Positions 41,201 through 56,000 of a stretch of DNA of 64,000 nt are shown here, piece by piece. A program made the translations under genes and the position numbers. How positions within the stretch are numbered: position 1 is the stretch's first letter; each line of letters begins with the position of its first letter. The stretch is from Glycera tridactyla (taxonomy: Eukaryota): the NCBI GenBank assembly GCA_965644265.1, contig OZ286465.1:8556001-8620000 (forward strand), in the 5' to 3' direction. The notes under the pieces were generated by a model. The model was not told where the DNA came from. It did no database searches and saw nothing but the letters and a program-made list of their open reading frames with translations.

Positions 41201-43953
41201 TTTTCGAATTGATATCTGACTGAGTTTGCAGCTCCGGCTATGGGAGTGTTTGATAAACCTAGTATGTTTGATGGCACCAATGTGACTGTGATCTATATGT
41301 TATCACTTGCTCTGAAAAGTGTCAATACATCCAGCCATGACAAATGCATGGTAGGAGGTTGTGAAATATATGGATCCTTTGTTGCTGAAATAACAATGAT
41401 GCCATTCCATGGTATGACTCATTTTTATCAGATCAATTCATGTCAACTGCTCCTTGGTTGCTTTGTCAATCAAGGACAAATTGCCAGAAATCCTACTGCC
41501 CACACAGTTGATGGGATAGTCCTTCGTCAAGCTGGCTTAAATATACCCGGATCTAGCATGAGTAACGCTAGTGGCCCATCTGTCCATGCTCACAACGTAG
41601 CTTGCCATGTTTATTTCTCTGCTGACCTGGGATTTTGCATTGGATAGGGCGCCATCTAACCTGTTTTGGAGACCACCACTTCATGATGACGACTGGATCG
41701 CCTGGATGTTGACTTGTGGGATTTGATTCCGACTTTGACCGCCTGGGAGCGCTATTGCAGCCAGTGTGAATCCCCCCTGATTGACTTGGTTCAGTGTCAA
41801 TAATGACAGTGCGTCCAAGACTACCAGCCAAATATGGTGTTGCCGAGCATGATGAATGTCCTCATCCTCTTTCTTTCAGCTCTATACTCGCTCCCGTTTG
41901 TAGATGCCAGAAATCAGACTTTAACACATTCACATTCACCGACAGATCAACATTTTTTGTTTATATTTCACTATCACGCCTGAGAAGTTCTCTTGAGTAT
42001 AATACAATTGATCAGATGTCCAGAAAATTGAAACAATGTAATCTCCAAGCTTTTCACTGGTGTCAGCTGAACCCATTTGGCTTGTTTTGTTGTAGTGATA
42101 GCTTTACATTGAATGCAGGAGTACTTATAACCCATATCGAGATCACATGACAAGCCGGGAAGCAACTCATGTCACTTTTCACACGACATGTCGAATTATG
42201 CTCTGAAATGATGTTGATATGGAGTCCGACTTCCAGTTTACCTCGCGTACATGAAAGTCAATATAACACAGCATGCTTCAATATAAAGCGATGCACTACA
42301 CATTTGGAGCAAGATATCTACAAAGAGTATCAACTGATTAATCAACTAACTGGAAGGGTTACTCACGATGATCATAACATTGCGGCTACAACCTCTAGCT
42401 CTCGACAGAAACTGAACTCTTCGATCAATCATATAACAGACAGAGTCTGTCTCTCAACAACCTCACAATCTCATTCTGCTCGTTCATAGTGTCTCCTCAA
42501 TCTCTGTTCTTCCCCTGTCTCTCCCTCTTATATCCTCACCAGTTACGCAGCCTAGGTCCAGGGTGTCATATAAGCGATGCTACTGAATGATATCCAATTC
42601 TATTCTTCTTTGTATCCCGGGGTATCTCACAGCAAGGTCTTTGACTGCAACGGTACAGCTACCATTTCCAGAGATGTTCATATACTGTACATAGGCTTTC
42701 GCTAGTGCTCTCTCAGATACGCATTGGGCATTGGAACAGACACGAGCAGATCCAAACCATCATGGATTTTTCTGTCTTATTCCAGGAATGGGATCGAGCT
42801 GGTTTTTGTCGGAACAAAGGCTGGTTTAACAAGATATTATCCTCTCACCGAGAATCTCACGGATCCGTAAGTATAAAGCTTCTGAACTTTGTTTCGAAAT
42901 GGTTCTTTTCGCCACTTGTCCCGGGAAACCATGTTATAGTCGATATCCCCTATTGGCCATTTCAGGACTATCGACGTTTGGCTCAGGATTCTTACTATCA
43001 TGATGCAGAAGACGTGCGAGGCGATAGAATCAACTCGCAATGTGTCATACACATCAGGCTGTCTTCCAGAATATGAATCTGTGTCATGTTTGTCATGCGC
43101 TGCTAATACTGGTCTATGGCGGTAGTGTACTGGCCTCTCCGCCTCTCCGTCATATGTCAGCGTCCTACTTGTATACCACTTACACCCGACCTTCTCGACA
43201 CACTTGAGATAGATCCATTCCCGCCACCAGAACCACCTGGTGCTAACTGCATCGCAGTCAAATACCAGTATTCACGCTTTCGCACATGTGGACATTTTAT
43301 TTTCTACTTCTGCATATTTGTAATTGGGAAAGCTAGTCACAGCTATTCGCTATTGATTGAAGACGTCTCTATATATATGATATGCGTTAGTGTGAGACTC
43401 ACATTTCTGGGTCCTGTCATACATGTCGCCTTAGTTTGGAGTAATTCTCGTTGATGAGTTCAAATAAAATTCTTTCAATTTAATTCAATTGAACATATTG
43501 AATACTTATATATGATGCTGATGTGATAGTAGAAGATGAGGATGTGACTAGCGCTTGTTGACAGGTGGTCTATGATATCTCAGCACCAATCTCTTGATAA
43601 TGTATGAGATATGTGTATGACCACATAATCACTGCTGCCTCACCACCGTCACCACAGCAATCATCACTACCCTCACAGTCGGTGCATCCCTGCTTCTCAT
43701 CTCTATATCTTGGTTTTTTTCCAGATCCTTCATCAAAGCTAATAGAAATACGATAGAGGAGCTATACTACCGGCGTGCTGTTGAAGAAGGAGAAGGCATA
43801 TTCACATTTTCTCCTCCACCTGATAGTAAGTCATTGCCTTAGGGTGTTTGTATCAACCAGAGGAATATGCACACCATGGCTTGCTGATCTATGCAGACTG
43901 GGTGCGCCAGGGAACAGCGTGGCGGGTAGAAGACAGATAAGGGAGGTAGGAAC

Positions 43954-44040
<87 letters not shown>

Positions 44041-47000
44041 GAAAGGAGAAGCAACTGTTGCTAGTCTCAAATTAGTGCCCATTTCACTTATTCAGCTGCT
44101 CGAGGAGATCAGATGATTGCATAATATTGCAATAACTCATCGTTCAATGCCTGATCAAATTGACTCTCTCCATATTCCTTTTTCACACTTTGACTCAGTT
44201 GAGGAAGAAAACGACTTCAGAATCTTCCACCTGGAAGTATATATGAGTGTAATCATCGAGTGAAATACTCATTCCATATTTTGAATTATTGTAGATGTTC
44301 AGTATTCTGAAGGTAAGACAACCTCCCCCCCCCCCCCCCCCCCCCCGCAGCGACTGAGAACAAGGCCATAGACATGAGGGACCAATTAGGAAGCCAGACC
44401 AAGAGAGACATATCCCAACATGAGAATGCATGATGAAACATCAAGGAAGTGTATACGCAGTGATTGATTCTGGGATGGTCAACCTAACTTTGATTACCTT
44501 TCAGTTTCAGCAACATGGATGCGCCTGGATATGTCATTCACTTTGGTGTGTTTTTGAAATCATACATTCGGTGCAAGGGCAAACCTCTCCGTTCTTTTCC
44601 TAATGGTTAGAAGAGTGTCATGATTGGAAGCATAAAGAATGATACAACAGGGATTCTGCTTCTTAATAACCTCATTCCTCATTCTTCATTTATTTATTAT
44701 CTTCCGGTATGGGATACATTTTCTTTCTGTCCTGGTTATGGCATCGAAGAGAAAACCGTAGTGATGTACAAGTGTATGGTGTGAGTGAATGGCTCGGCTG
44801 TGGCAGGTGTCATGTGCAGTGTAGTTTATGCATATATTCTAAGCTGTAATTCTTTCTAACCTGGATAATCCCTTGGCCTCTTGAGTACGTCGACAGATCT
44901 GGATCTTCATGAGATATCAATTGACTAGGTCAAGCAGAATTTATGTGACAGCTTGGCTGTCATGTCAGCAATGCTGTGTTTTTATTTGAATCCTTTCCAT
45001 TGAGAACTAAGCTCGAAAGGTGAATCTCATGGACCTGTATCAATCAGGAAACAGAGTGATGATCAGTCACCTCTCAGAATCCACATGGAACAGAGTGATG
45101 ATCAGTCACCTCTCAGAATCCACATGGAACAGATCTCCCTTTTTTAGGTAAAAACATAGTCTATGTTTGTGGTGGTTGGTAAGTGCATCTTATTTCTATG
45201 TTTCATCGTAGAGTATTGGTGCTGGGATACAACTTTTGCTTCCTCTCTTTTCAGTGCTCATATGGAATATTCAGATCTGTTGATGTTACTAGAATGACTC
45301 CTGCTCCACAGAGCACCATGTTGGTATAGCAAGACTACATGGCCGTGAAGTGAAATCGCAATACCAAACAAGGCGTGAATTTCAATGGAAGTCACGAGGC
45401 CGAGTGACATCTGGAGAAATTTACGCTGAGTTTGGTATTGTGTTTTTACCTCACGGTCATATAGTCTTGCTTTTATCACATTGATTAGGGGAGAAATCAT
45501 AAGAAAATAGTTCTCACTCAGCTGTGAAGTATCACATGCAATACTCAACACCTGATACTTCACTGAAAATGGCATATCCATGGGATAATATGGATAGTGT
45601 GAGATGCCATGATGCATTCAGTGGCATCCAGTGACTTTTGATGTATTATTTTGTTTTGCTGTCTCGAATATGTTGCCAGAATCACCATCGTTAGTATTTT
45701 ATTTTCGCTGCCTCGAGATAAGGATTTGCTTAATACAAGCGTCAGTTTGGCCACAGGGTATGTGGCAAGTTTTGTCTGGCAATATGATATTGATGCAGTG
45801 ATAGTCTTCGAGTGCAGGAGTTGCGCCGGCAAGATGAGCTGAATTAAATTTTTATCTTCCTTTGTTTTCAGTGTCAGGAGAAGGGCGGCAACCGCCAGAG
45901 CCATCAGAATTAGTGATCACAGCCAGTTCTCCCATCATCATCTCGGAAGAAGGCCGTGAAGCAGTAGCTGGTGTTGTTGGACTCCAGATGCGTTATGACA
46001 AATTTTATGAGCTTTTTGTGAACAGTACAAAAATATGTCACTCAAAGAAGAATGAGCCCTGCAACATGACTTGTGAAAATTCAGTAAGCATGCGTTCAAT
46101 ATCCAACAGAAAAATGATAATTCCAAAACGTTTGACTGGAATATTCAAAGTGATGCTTCAGCTGTTACGTTTGATAAATGAGTTTCTTTGCCAATGTAGG
46201 CAATCAGTGGTTTCGTACTTGAAATCTGGTGCTGACATGCATTTGTTCTTACAGTGGCCAGAGAAATCTATGTATTGATTCATGAATGAACCCTCTTCAA
46301 CCGACCTAACAATCTGTGATGGAGAGACCACACATTGCCATCACAATCATTTCACCAACAACAACACAGCACTACAGTCACCAATTCACCACCCATCACC
46401 ACCATCAATACCACGGCCGCCCACCACCAACACTATCATCGCTTTATCTCACCACAACCACCTTCATCACCATCCCCCCACTGTTTCACCATCATCATCA
46501 TTTCACCATGACTACCATTGACATGTGGTCGCCGACAGTCGAATAACACCACCACCACCACCATCACCACCACCACCACTACTACCACCAGTTTTTGGGA
46601 GGATGGATAATTTCTCATTAGCCCATCCATGATATTATTTCCCTCTTTTTCCAGGCTCTCGACTGCTATCTCATTGACAACAATGGGTTCATAGTCCTAT
46701 CAAAAACATCTGGAGAGGTAGGTTAGGTCGCAATATTTCTTGGAATCTACATATTCTTATCATGAGATATCTGTTAAAATCTTATTTCCTTTCTCCGCAA
46801 ACACTGCATGTACTTTAAGACCATGTTTTTTCCAAGAAAACCAGCTGATATATTGTATAATACAGATTAAAGCATGAACTTCCCGTGTATGCTTGTAATT
46901 TCTCAAGCGAGAATGTAACTAATTATTTCTGATTAGTCCATGCAATCTCAGTCTATTCATATTCATAGCATCTGATGCCCTCCCTTGTGAGCATATTTGC

Positions 47001-50000
47001 AGCACCTAGCATCAATCAAGGACATTCAAGATAAAAGCACATTTCATTCTCAGCCAAATGAAGGCTGTTATATATTAGTAGAGGAAGTAGCAGAGACACT
47101 CACCAGGTGGTGGATAGTCAAGGAGTATTCCAAAACCGTGCCTTCTTTAATGAGTTCACTGCCAAATGCAATGGTTCTTGGTCACGAGGTCCTCTTGATG
47201 GGAAGAATCATTTGACAGCAGTACTCTCACCATATGATAGGATAATTCGGCGGCCTTGGTCCCTGTACGAAGTGGTTCCTGTTTTCAAGATGTGGGTAGC
47301 CTCGGCCACATCGTGGCTAATTGTCTCAATGTTGTGTGAGTGTTGGAGGGGCCCAGTGTCGTTTTGGATGTGCTGCATGAAAGATTTCCTTGAATAATTT
47401 CAGGACAAAACTCAAGTACTTATATTATTGGTGTTGATTTCTGTTTGAATTACTGTGCTTTGTTTGGTTCAGGATCATTGGTATCAGATCTTAATGTTTG
47501 CTTTCGGACATTCAAGCAGTTGAACATGACACCAAGAGGTTCATCAATCATCTGTTAGACCTCTAATGGTCAATCCTTTCTGAACATATAGTACAAGAGT
47601 CGTTCCTCGGGTGAATGCATTCACCCTATGCATAATGCTGAGACTCGTAGCTGATCTGAATTTTGTTTGATCCATGAAATGTATATTTTATTCATTTAGA
47701 TTGGCAGATTTTTCGGTGATATTGATGCCACCTTGATGCGAAAACTGATCCAGTACGAGGACTCTGAGGATTCAGGGAATATCAAAGGTGTCTTCAAACG
47801 GTGAGTGTCATGGATATTTGCCGGCACCTGCTGATTGTAGCAAAATATCATTTCTTTAAACCTGCTCCACTGAAATTTCAGCTTGTATTTTTGAAGTCTG
47901 GTGTCTTGAAATTGATTGATATTCCAAACAATTCACGAAATAATGTTTCCGGAATGATGGCGACAGCTTTGAGGATACTATTTAACTGCGAAACTTTGGG
48001 ACTTTGGGATGTGCATATGTCCTCTAGTCACTCGGGAATGTTCAGTTCAAAGTCACTTCAGTCCATGGTCAGCCAATGAGATGACTGAAATTCCTTTGTT
48101 TGGATATACAATCTGGTTTGATTGTCATTGACTCCTCTTTCACCACTTTACCAGTTTGTTTGGGGCAGTGAAAATGTCTACCTGTGGATCATGTGTGTAA
48201 CCAAGATTCATATATTTTTCCAGAGTTCAGATGTATGACTATCAAGGCATGTGCGAGATATGGGTACGCGGGATATCTGGCGCCAACTCACTCTTCATTG
48301 ATGTAAGTATAAAAATTGATATATAGATAGACATATGGGCAGAGGGGTAAGAGAGTGGGAGCAGGGCTGTACTTATTGTAGTCACTCAGCCATTTCTCTT
48401 CTTATGTGAATGCTGAGATTGAGATGCTTTTCCTGTGAAATCAGAAAACTTCCTTACGTATTTCTGTATCTGAATCTCAGTGAATTCTATGACATCATTC
48501 GGATTTGGATGAAATGAGATGTGGTATTCACTTTTTGCCTTCACTCTGTGATGGATCCATGAGCAATTTTTTAAAATTTGAAATTGGATTTGAGGGATGG
48601 TGGATCGATTATTATGTATAGTAATGGGTGAGATGGCATTGTATCCCTGATGAGAAATGAACATTCAGTCTCATCGCGTTGTTTGGCTCGGAAGCTAGTG
48701 AGGGCCAAGCTAATCAGATTGCATTCAGATTGCATCTCATCATTTCTTCAGTCTATTACCTGTCAGGCAGTATTCTGTGGTATCCATGTGGCTTCAATAG
48801 GTAATGCAATGATTCTGTTTTGTGTGATCTGTTTGTCTTGTAGAAGTAAAATTCATTTTTGTTCTATTGCAGCCATTGCGCAAGTTATTCTCTTCTCTAT
48901 CATGGTTGATCCAAGAAGTTGCATTGTGAGTATAATTTTCAGAACAATCTATTTTTATAAAAAGAATCATGACAGGGGGTATTGGTGGTCAGCCCGAGAG
49001 AGTCAATGAGCTGTGGGAGTTTGATTTCAGATGATTCATGATTCATCCTTGGACCAGCTCTTCTTTCTGGCATTTGGAAATCTTGCAGCTGTCAAAAATA
49101 GTTTTCAAGTTTCCGGGTACTCCATAATTTGTCCTGTTCCATTGAAGGAGATGATATGCCTTGTTACCATCCACAATCGGCTCAATTATCTCACTTGAAT
49201 CATCTATCTTTTCAATCTTCTGGTAACTGATGAGGCTGAAAGAGCTCTCGAACTTGGAATCTAGGTAAAGAAATCATTTGTCTCTGTCATATGGATTGCC
49301 TTCAGGAGCATGCAACCTAGGTTATGGTGGGTGTGCCATTACTAGTGGCAGTTACAAACAAAACCACTGTCTCAAGTATCACCGCTGCCAGCAATTAATC
49401 TACTTTGCTTTGTCTTACAATGACTGCCTGTGTGCGTGCGTGTGTGTGGGGGGGGGGGGGGGATGGATATGTGTGTGTTTGCGTGTGCGTGTGTTTGAGG
49501 AATACTGCTCAATAATTGACAGCAATTTTGGGGAAATATGAAAGGAATGCACTTTAAGTCTACATATATTTTCTGATGTATGATATGCATGGTTTTTTTT
49601 CGCTTGCCAGATTTTTGGTTCACTTCAACTTGATGAGTTGGTGGAATGGAGAATATACAACAGTCCTAGGTATGTATGTGCTTATTATCCTGCATCCAAT
49701 AATGAGACCAATCACATTGTCATTTCTCCCAATGAAACATTTGCTGAATCCTCGCTTTCAGTTTCTTGAGATTGATTGTTATTCTGTTCTTTATTTTTGA
49801 TGGCAAGCTACACAATGCTGTCTATAATACCAGTATGATCATAACTGTCCTGATTTCGAAAGACTAAAAATGATGTATACAAGAAGTCATCACAGAGTGG
49901 CAGAGGAATGAATATGTGGTGGCATTTTTCACATGTTTTTGTTCCCTCTATCCCCAAAATAATATTGAACCAATCTCACTGTGTCTCACTTTGTTCAAAA

Positions 50001-53000
50001 TCAGCTACCAAATTCGACGATGCAGCGAAAACGTTGATGCAATCGCATCATCATTCCTGGTGGTGTCAACATTCTGGTCAAGATTGGGTGTTTTATTCTG
50101 TGACAACACATTTCTCTGTAGCATGCGAATTTAGTGTCCCTGGTTATCGGCATCCAGCAGTGCCATGCATAGCACATACTGGCCGATATGGATTGCAATA
50201 ACATAACTTGCGTATGTGAGATGTCTTGGTATCAAGAAATATCACGACTTGTCCTCACCTCAGTTAATATCAATGCAATGTCATGCTAGCGATGCCGGCA
50301 TTGCAATAGATAGATAGAAATGACACCTTTGAAGGTCTGAAAATCTCGCTTGTCATGCTTAATGCTGATATTTATTAGGCGGAACAAATATCAGGTATAT
50401 AGCTTGGATTTCTGTAGAGAATTTCCTGTTTAGGTCATTCATATCAAGGAGTGAAATTTGACTTTTATGTGAATCCTAGGATACTGTCAGTCAGCCATCA
50501 GTGAAGTGGTCCCTAGATCAATCTCCAAATTACCCATAGGTGAAGCAGTGCATTTTATGTTTCTCAATGAATATGGCATTTCTAGTTTATCTATTTCAAT
50601 GAGTTATTTCACAGAATTCATTTCCTGGTCTCTTGGCAAGAACATTATGAAGCGCAGATCTTACGTACTCAGGAATACAAAGCTCAGACAATTATCCCCC
50701 AAAATAAACCGTGCTTTGATCTTGTATTTGTTGTCTGGTTGATTAGTAATTTTTTGTCAGGTCACTACTGTAGGTGTGGTATTGTGTTGAGCATGCAATG
50801 AGAATCAATGGCACAATCAGGACTCCTTCTGAGTAGCCAAGAGGTGCAAATCTAAGAGATACCTTCTATGGCTGATTCAATACCCATGTTTCATACATGC
50901 CGGTTAGTGAAAATACCTAATTATGACCATGAAATAAGTCACCAGTTCTTGTGGAATCCATAGCACACTCAGGCCGATGCACATATATATGCACACCATG
51001 ATGAGCACTTACTTTAATCAGCCAAACTAATGCTCACTCTACTACATGCATTTGCATTTTAACCGATCATCTCACAGCAATTCAGGAGAGATATTAGTTA
51101 CTGAATAATCCTGATTGACATATGAGCTAATATACTTACTTAGTAACTAATTATGGTAGCTGTGAGAACTAATGATTTCTTCTGCAATCCTAGTGAGTCG
51201 TTAAGGATTTGTTCATCCTAGGTAGATGATGTTAGCATTACATGAGAAATTTGAAGAAATTTCAGCAATCGAGTGATATGAAATTTCACAATGGGGGTGG
51301 GTTTTAAGGTATTGCCATTTCTGTATGTATTTAGTCTTGGGATACACAATACGTATCTAGGGCAAGTGGTATTCAAAATATGGTGATGAATACACGGATC
51401 TTGCCATAGCACAATTTGGACTGAGTCAGTATCAAAGTGAGGCCAGTTGACCAATACCTGCCCCTAACTTTCTATGCTGCATTATCAGCTAGCTTTGAGC
51501 ATTCCAGATACTTGGGTTTGATTATCATGTCGAACAAAGTCTCGGTTCTCATTATATTAACCCAGAATGTGAAAACTGCATCTAGTGTATCAGCTAGTCA
51601 TGGGTTGCATGTTCATGGATCACTGATGGACCTCCTCAGGCTTTGTCACAAAAGACACGTCACATGTTCACATCATGAATCACACTTGCTCTTCTCACTG
51701 CATGATACCTTTTCACTTTCTGCCCCTCGAGTATTAACAAGGAAGATGGTTCCTACAGTGATCCTAGCCCCGACTTTGGCATTTATCTTGGGGATATACC
51801 ACTATCCCTGATATCTGATGGCTTGCATCTCATGGGGGAGTATATCCATAATGAAATCCTAATCTGTCGATGAATTGTCCAGTCAATCACTTTTTTACAT
51901 GAATATGTATTTATGCATTGCCTTCATTGCCTGTATGATGGTTGTAGAATTGGCCTCACCACTTTTGCTAAACAGTTCGCGTCTTCATTACTGCGTCTTG
52001 TCAAAACTTATCCTATCATATCTGCATTATTCTTGCATGTTCTTATTTCTTTCTTTCTAACTAGAAATTGAGTTGGATTTTCTTGCACCATACCGTTTGG
52101 TCACATATGTATTGATTTAGTTTCCATTTAGAGTATGTGTTTATAATTTGATGTTATATTTCTGTGCTGGATCTTTCCAATGGAGTGTTTCTTCTGATTG
52201 TAAAGTATGAAGTCAGATAATCCACAGCAGCTTTTGTGATAAAGATTTGCTTTGGTACATCACTGCTATTGTACATATGAGGAGATAATGTTGGAGAGCT
52301 TTCATAAGAGAATCCCAACTTCCCGAGAAAGTCTCGGACAATAACTGCACCAGCAGGTTGTTTAGTTGAGCTGACAGAGGAAACGTTTGCCGAATTCCAG
52401 ACCAAATATCATTCAGCTCCAGTGTGTCCAAATAAATGGGACCCTTTTTCCTTACGAATCATTGGTGATAGTTAGCTGCCACTGGACAACTTACAGAATA
52501 TCTGAAATGTAAAATCGGCCAGAAGGTTTGCAGCTCTGATCCAACATGTACATGAGAGCCTGTGATATGTGCCAATTAAGTTTGTTTTGTTTGTTTCTTC
52601 ATTCAAATTTGACGGCCTTTCAACCTCTTTAGGTCATATTGAATTGAAAAACTAAAATTGCTGAAGAATGGAGGCACTGCTGTCGAAGGTGTTCCGAGTC
52701 CTTGTAAATGACTGCAATGGTTCATTCGCATGCATAGAGGAATAGACGCACAGCAGTCTTCTGATCCCCAAGTCTTATATCCCTGACAAAATGAGGACTT
52801 CATTGTTTGATTGAATCGTAGTCATCCTTAAGTTTCCAACAAGGCAATTAGTTTAGTTTCCAGGATCACTGCATACCGATCAAACATGCACCATGGACAT
52901 CATCCAAGGTACTTGACTGCGCAGAATGAGGATTATTGACTAATCATATCAAAACATGAAGAACTCCCCTCCAGATAGTTTTGAATTGAATTTCTCATAA

Positions 53001-56000
53001 ATATTTCAAATCTTCACATCTGAATTGACAACCTATGTTCATTCTTATTCAAGCTCATATCTGGACTGAATACATTTATTCAATGAGTATTGTGAATAAC
53101 TTAAAACTATCCTGGAGAATGAATGTAGTATAAAGTGTCTTTTTTATACGTCCGATGCATACTATATCTCCATTCCTGTGGTTACTTTGATGTGTATCAA
53201 TCTGCAGTTTATGTTGTAGTTGATTGCGTGTTGTACCACATGTTGTCACATTCTGTGCATCTTCTGTCTGCCATATCACCTGGTGGATGAACATCAATTT
53301 ACAGGCAACTCTCACAGTCATCAATCTGTCTTCGCATCTCATATATTCTCTGATGATTCTTCACACATTGTTTCCATACTCACCTCACTGTGAATCATGT
53401 CTCTTCTGGTATTGTCTTACTCGAATCAGCTGATTGAAGATGTTATTCTTGGTTACTTTCTAATGTTGTTGCTTTTTGTGATGATACATCATCTGTCTGT
53501 TTCCTTCTCATGGACAAGGTCTGGTTGAGGAGCCCCTGTCTCTATCATCTCATGTCACTGTGCAGCTGCATTCTCATCTTTCTCGTGTCAAGCGTCCAGA
53601 TGGCAAGCCTTCAATTCAGTTGCATGTCCATTTTCGACAATTATCTACTGCGATATCTATCCTTTTTTTCTATCATATTTTGAGAAACAAGAAATGTTGA
53701 TGGGCCCCGGACTCGAAGCAGTGACATTTTTAATGCATCTGTACAGTTCACCAAAGATTAAGATTTGCTCCTGCCCTACATTTAGATTGATCATTTTTAC
53801 ACCCGTATTTTATTGATTTTGTTATCATTCATTGAAGGAGGTCACACACCAAGCATATCCTTCCAATTGAATACCAACACATGACTAAATATATAGAAAA
53901 AGTGATGGATAATAGTGGAGATGGAGGAGAAATAAGCAAAGTGAGGTCATACACATATACAAATGATGACATGACGGGGAAATCCGGGTACTTCATACCA
54001 ACTGATGGAAGTCATTAACATTTTCATGTTAGATACAGGTCGTATCTCACAACATTATAGCTATTTGAATCAAAATGAAATAAATATCAAATTGAGATAG
54101 TGAAGGTGATAGTGAGGCTGAATATGCGAAGGATGTAAAATGTTCCACTCTATCTGACTGGGAGATGAATACTTGTCGATAAGTTCAAGCAGGCTCTTAT
54201 TAGTTGAATGTTATTTAAAGCCCAACTACTATCAATCCAGGATGTATGCAACAGGGCAGGGGAATTCACTTGCTCGCACGTGAGACAACATAAACTATGT
54301 GTTCTTTATGAATTAAGAGCAGTTCAAAGAAATATACTTCTTCGAAGCGCTTAAATTTATCTATAATACCAAGTGACATCGCTTCACTTTTGGATCTATT
54401 GAGAGTATGTCTGTTATGTCATACACTGTTCTCCAATTTCAACATATCCGATACTAAGATATTATCAGTAGTTGATCGCTTGAAACATATTTGACGAACC
54501 ATCGGCAAACATATGGACTATGAAGTGCTCCAAGGATCCTACCAGGTCATTCATGTACAGAGGAAAGAAGGAACAGCCAAGTATGTGACTCTGGACCACT
54601 TTATTCAATATAATCAATCACAATGAGTACGATACTACTGGGAGGTGATCTATTGATCCTTCAAGCCTGTCAGGCTCAGGAACACCTCCCCACTACACAT
54701 GCCCTCATCCGCTGCTCTGTATATTGTCACGTCGAAATTGATGATGACGTGAAAATCGTGTAATGCTCCCTGATATCTGGCTGGCGATCGGAGAGGATGT
54801 GCTCCCTGACAGCGACTATGTGTAACCTGCCCTGAGGGTTTACCGAAGGTTGGAGAACAGTGATTGTAGGATTCACCTCAGCATCATATATCAAGAGCTT
54901 CATAACAGGGACCAAAATAAAACCTAGTACACAACATGGCAAACTGGTAATTAGAGATTGTACCACAAAGAAGCAAGATCCTTTCACTGATAACAACGAA
55001 ATCCTACCCTGATCTAACTGTCATTTCATCACCCATATCCACAAGGAAGTACCTTCTCGCTTGATGATTCTGTCTACGAGACATTAATTTGACATTGTTG
55101 ATGACGTTGGACAGGGAGGTATTATCTAATATGGGTGTTGATAACAAGTGTAGGCCTACAGCGGCAGCATCTACACTTACAAAGGAATAAGTGTCATTAC
55201 CAAAGTGGGACTGACCTAATCGATTCCCAGCATATATTCTTTCAAGCATACTTTCTTTCAACATTAGTCTAATATCTTACAGGACACACTTTTAATATTT
55301 TGAACATCTCAGTGAAATGTGCTCAATTGGACCTTTGAAGTAATGAGAGGGTCATGTCAAACGCCATCCAAATGGCAGCAGATGTATGATAATGTCATCT
55401 AGATATGAGGGTGGGTAGAGCTGAGGCGGGCCTTTGTTGTATGTAGCGCCATGGACAGCTCTCTGCAGCAGATGTATGATAATGTCATCTAAATATGAGT
55501 CTAGGTAGAGCTGAGGTGGGCCTGTGTTGTATGAAGCGCCATGGACAGCTCTCTACAGCAGAAGTATGATAATGTCATCTAAATATGAGGCTAGGTAGAG
55601 CTGAGGTGGGCCTGTGTTGTATGTAGTGCCATGGACAGCTCTCTGCAGCAGATGTATGATAATGTCATCTAAATATGAGGCTAGGTAGAGCTGAGGTGGG
55701 CCTTTGTTGTATGTAGCGCCATGAACAGCTCTCTGCAGCAGATGTATGATAATGTCATCTAAATATGAGGCTAGGTAGAGCTGGGGTGGGCCTGTGTTGT
55801 ATGTAGTGCCATGGACAGCTCTCTGCAGCAGATGTATGATAATGTCATCTAAATATGAGGCTAGGTAGAGCTGAGGTGGGCCTTTGTTGTATGTAGCGCC
55901 ATGAACAGCTCTCTGCAGCAGATCAGTTAGCATTTGTGGTCTAGTTCATGCTTGCCATGCCAAGCTAAGCATGCAGTTAAGCCTGCAAGATGGCGCTCAG

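Noticed and set aside
46282-46630. His/Pro-rich and Val-rich ORFs
   Set aside because: Product of an intronic (CCA)n low-complexity tract.
53690-53730. B-box-like cttcgagtcc on the minus strand (SINE or tRNA)
   Set aside because: No A-box or cloverleaf structure.
8046-55923. Possible common origin of the 42-, 55-, 35- and 90-bp arrays
   Set aside because: Only short shared words (ctgtcaa, atgataat, gcatc) that are expected by chance.
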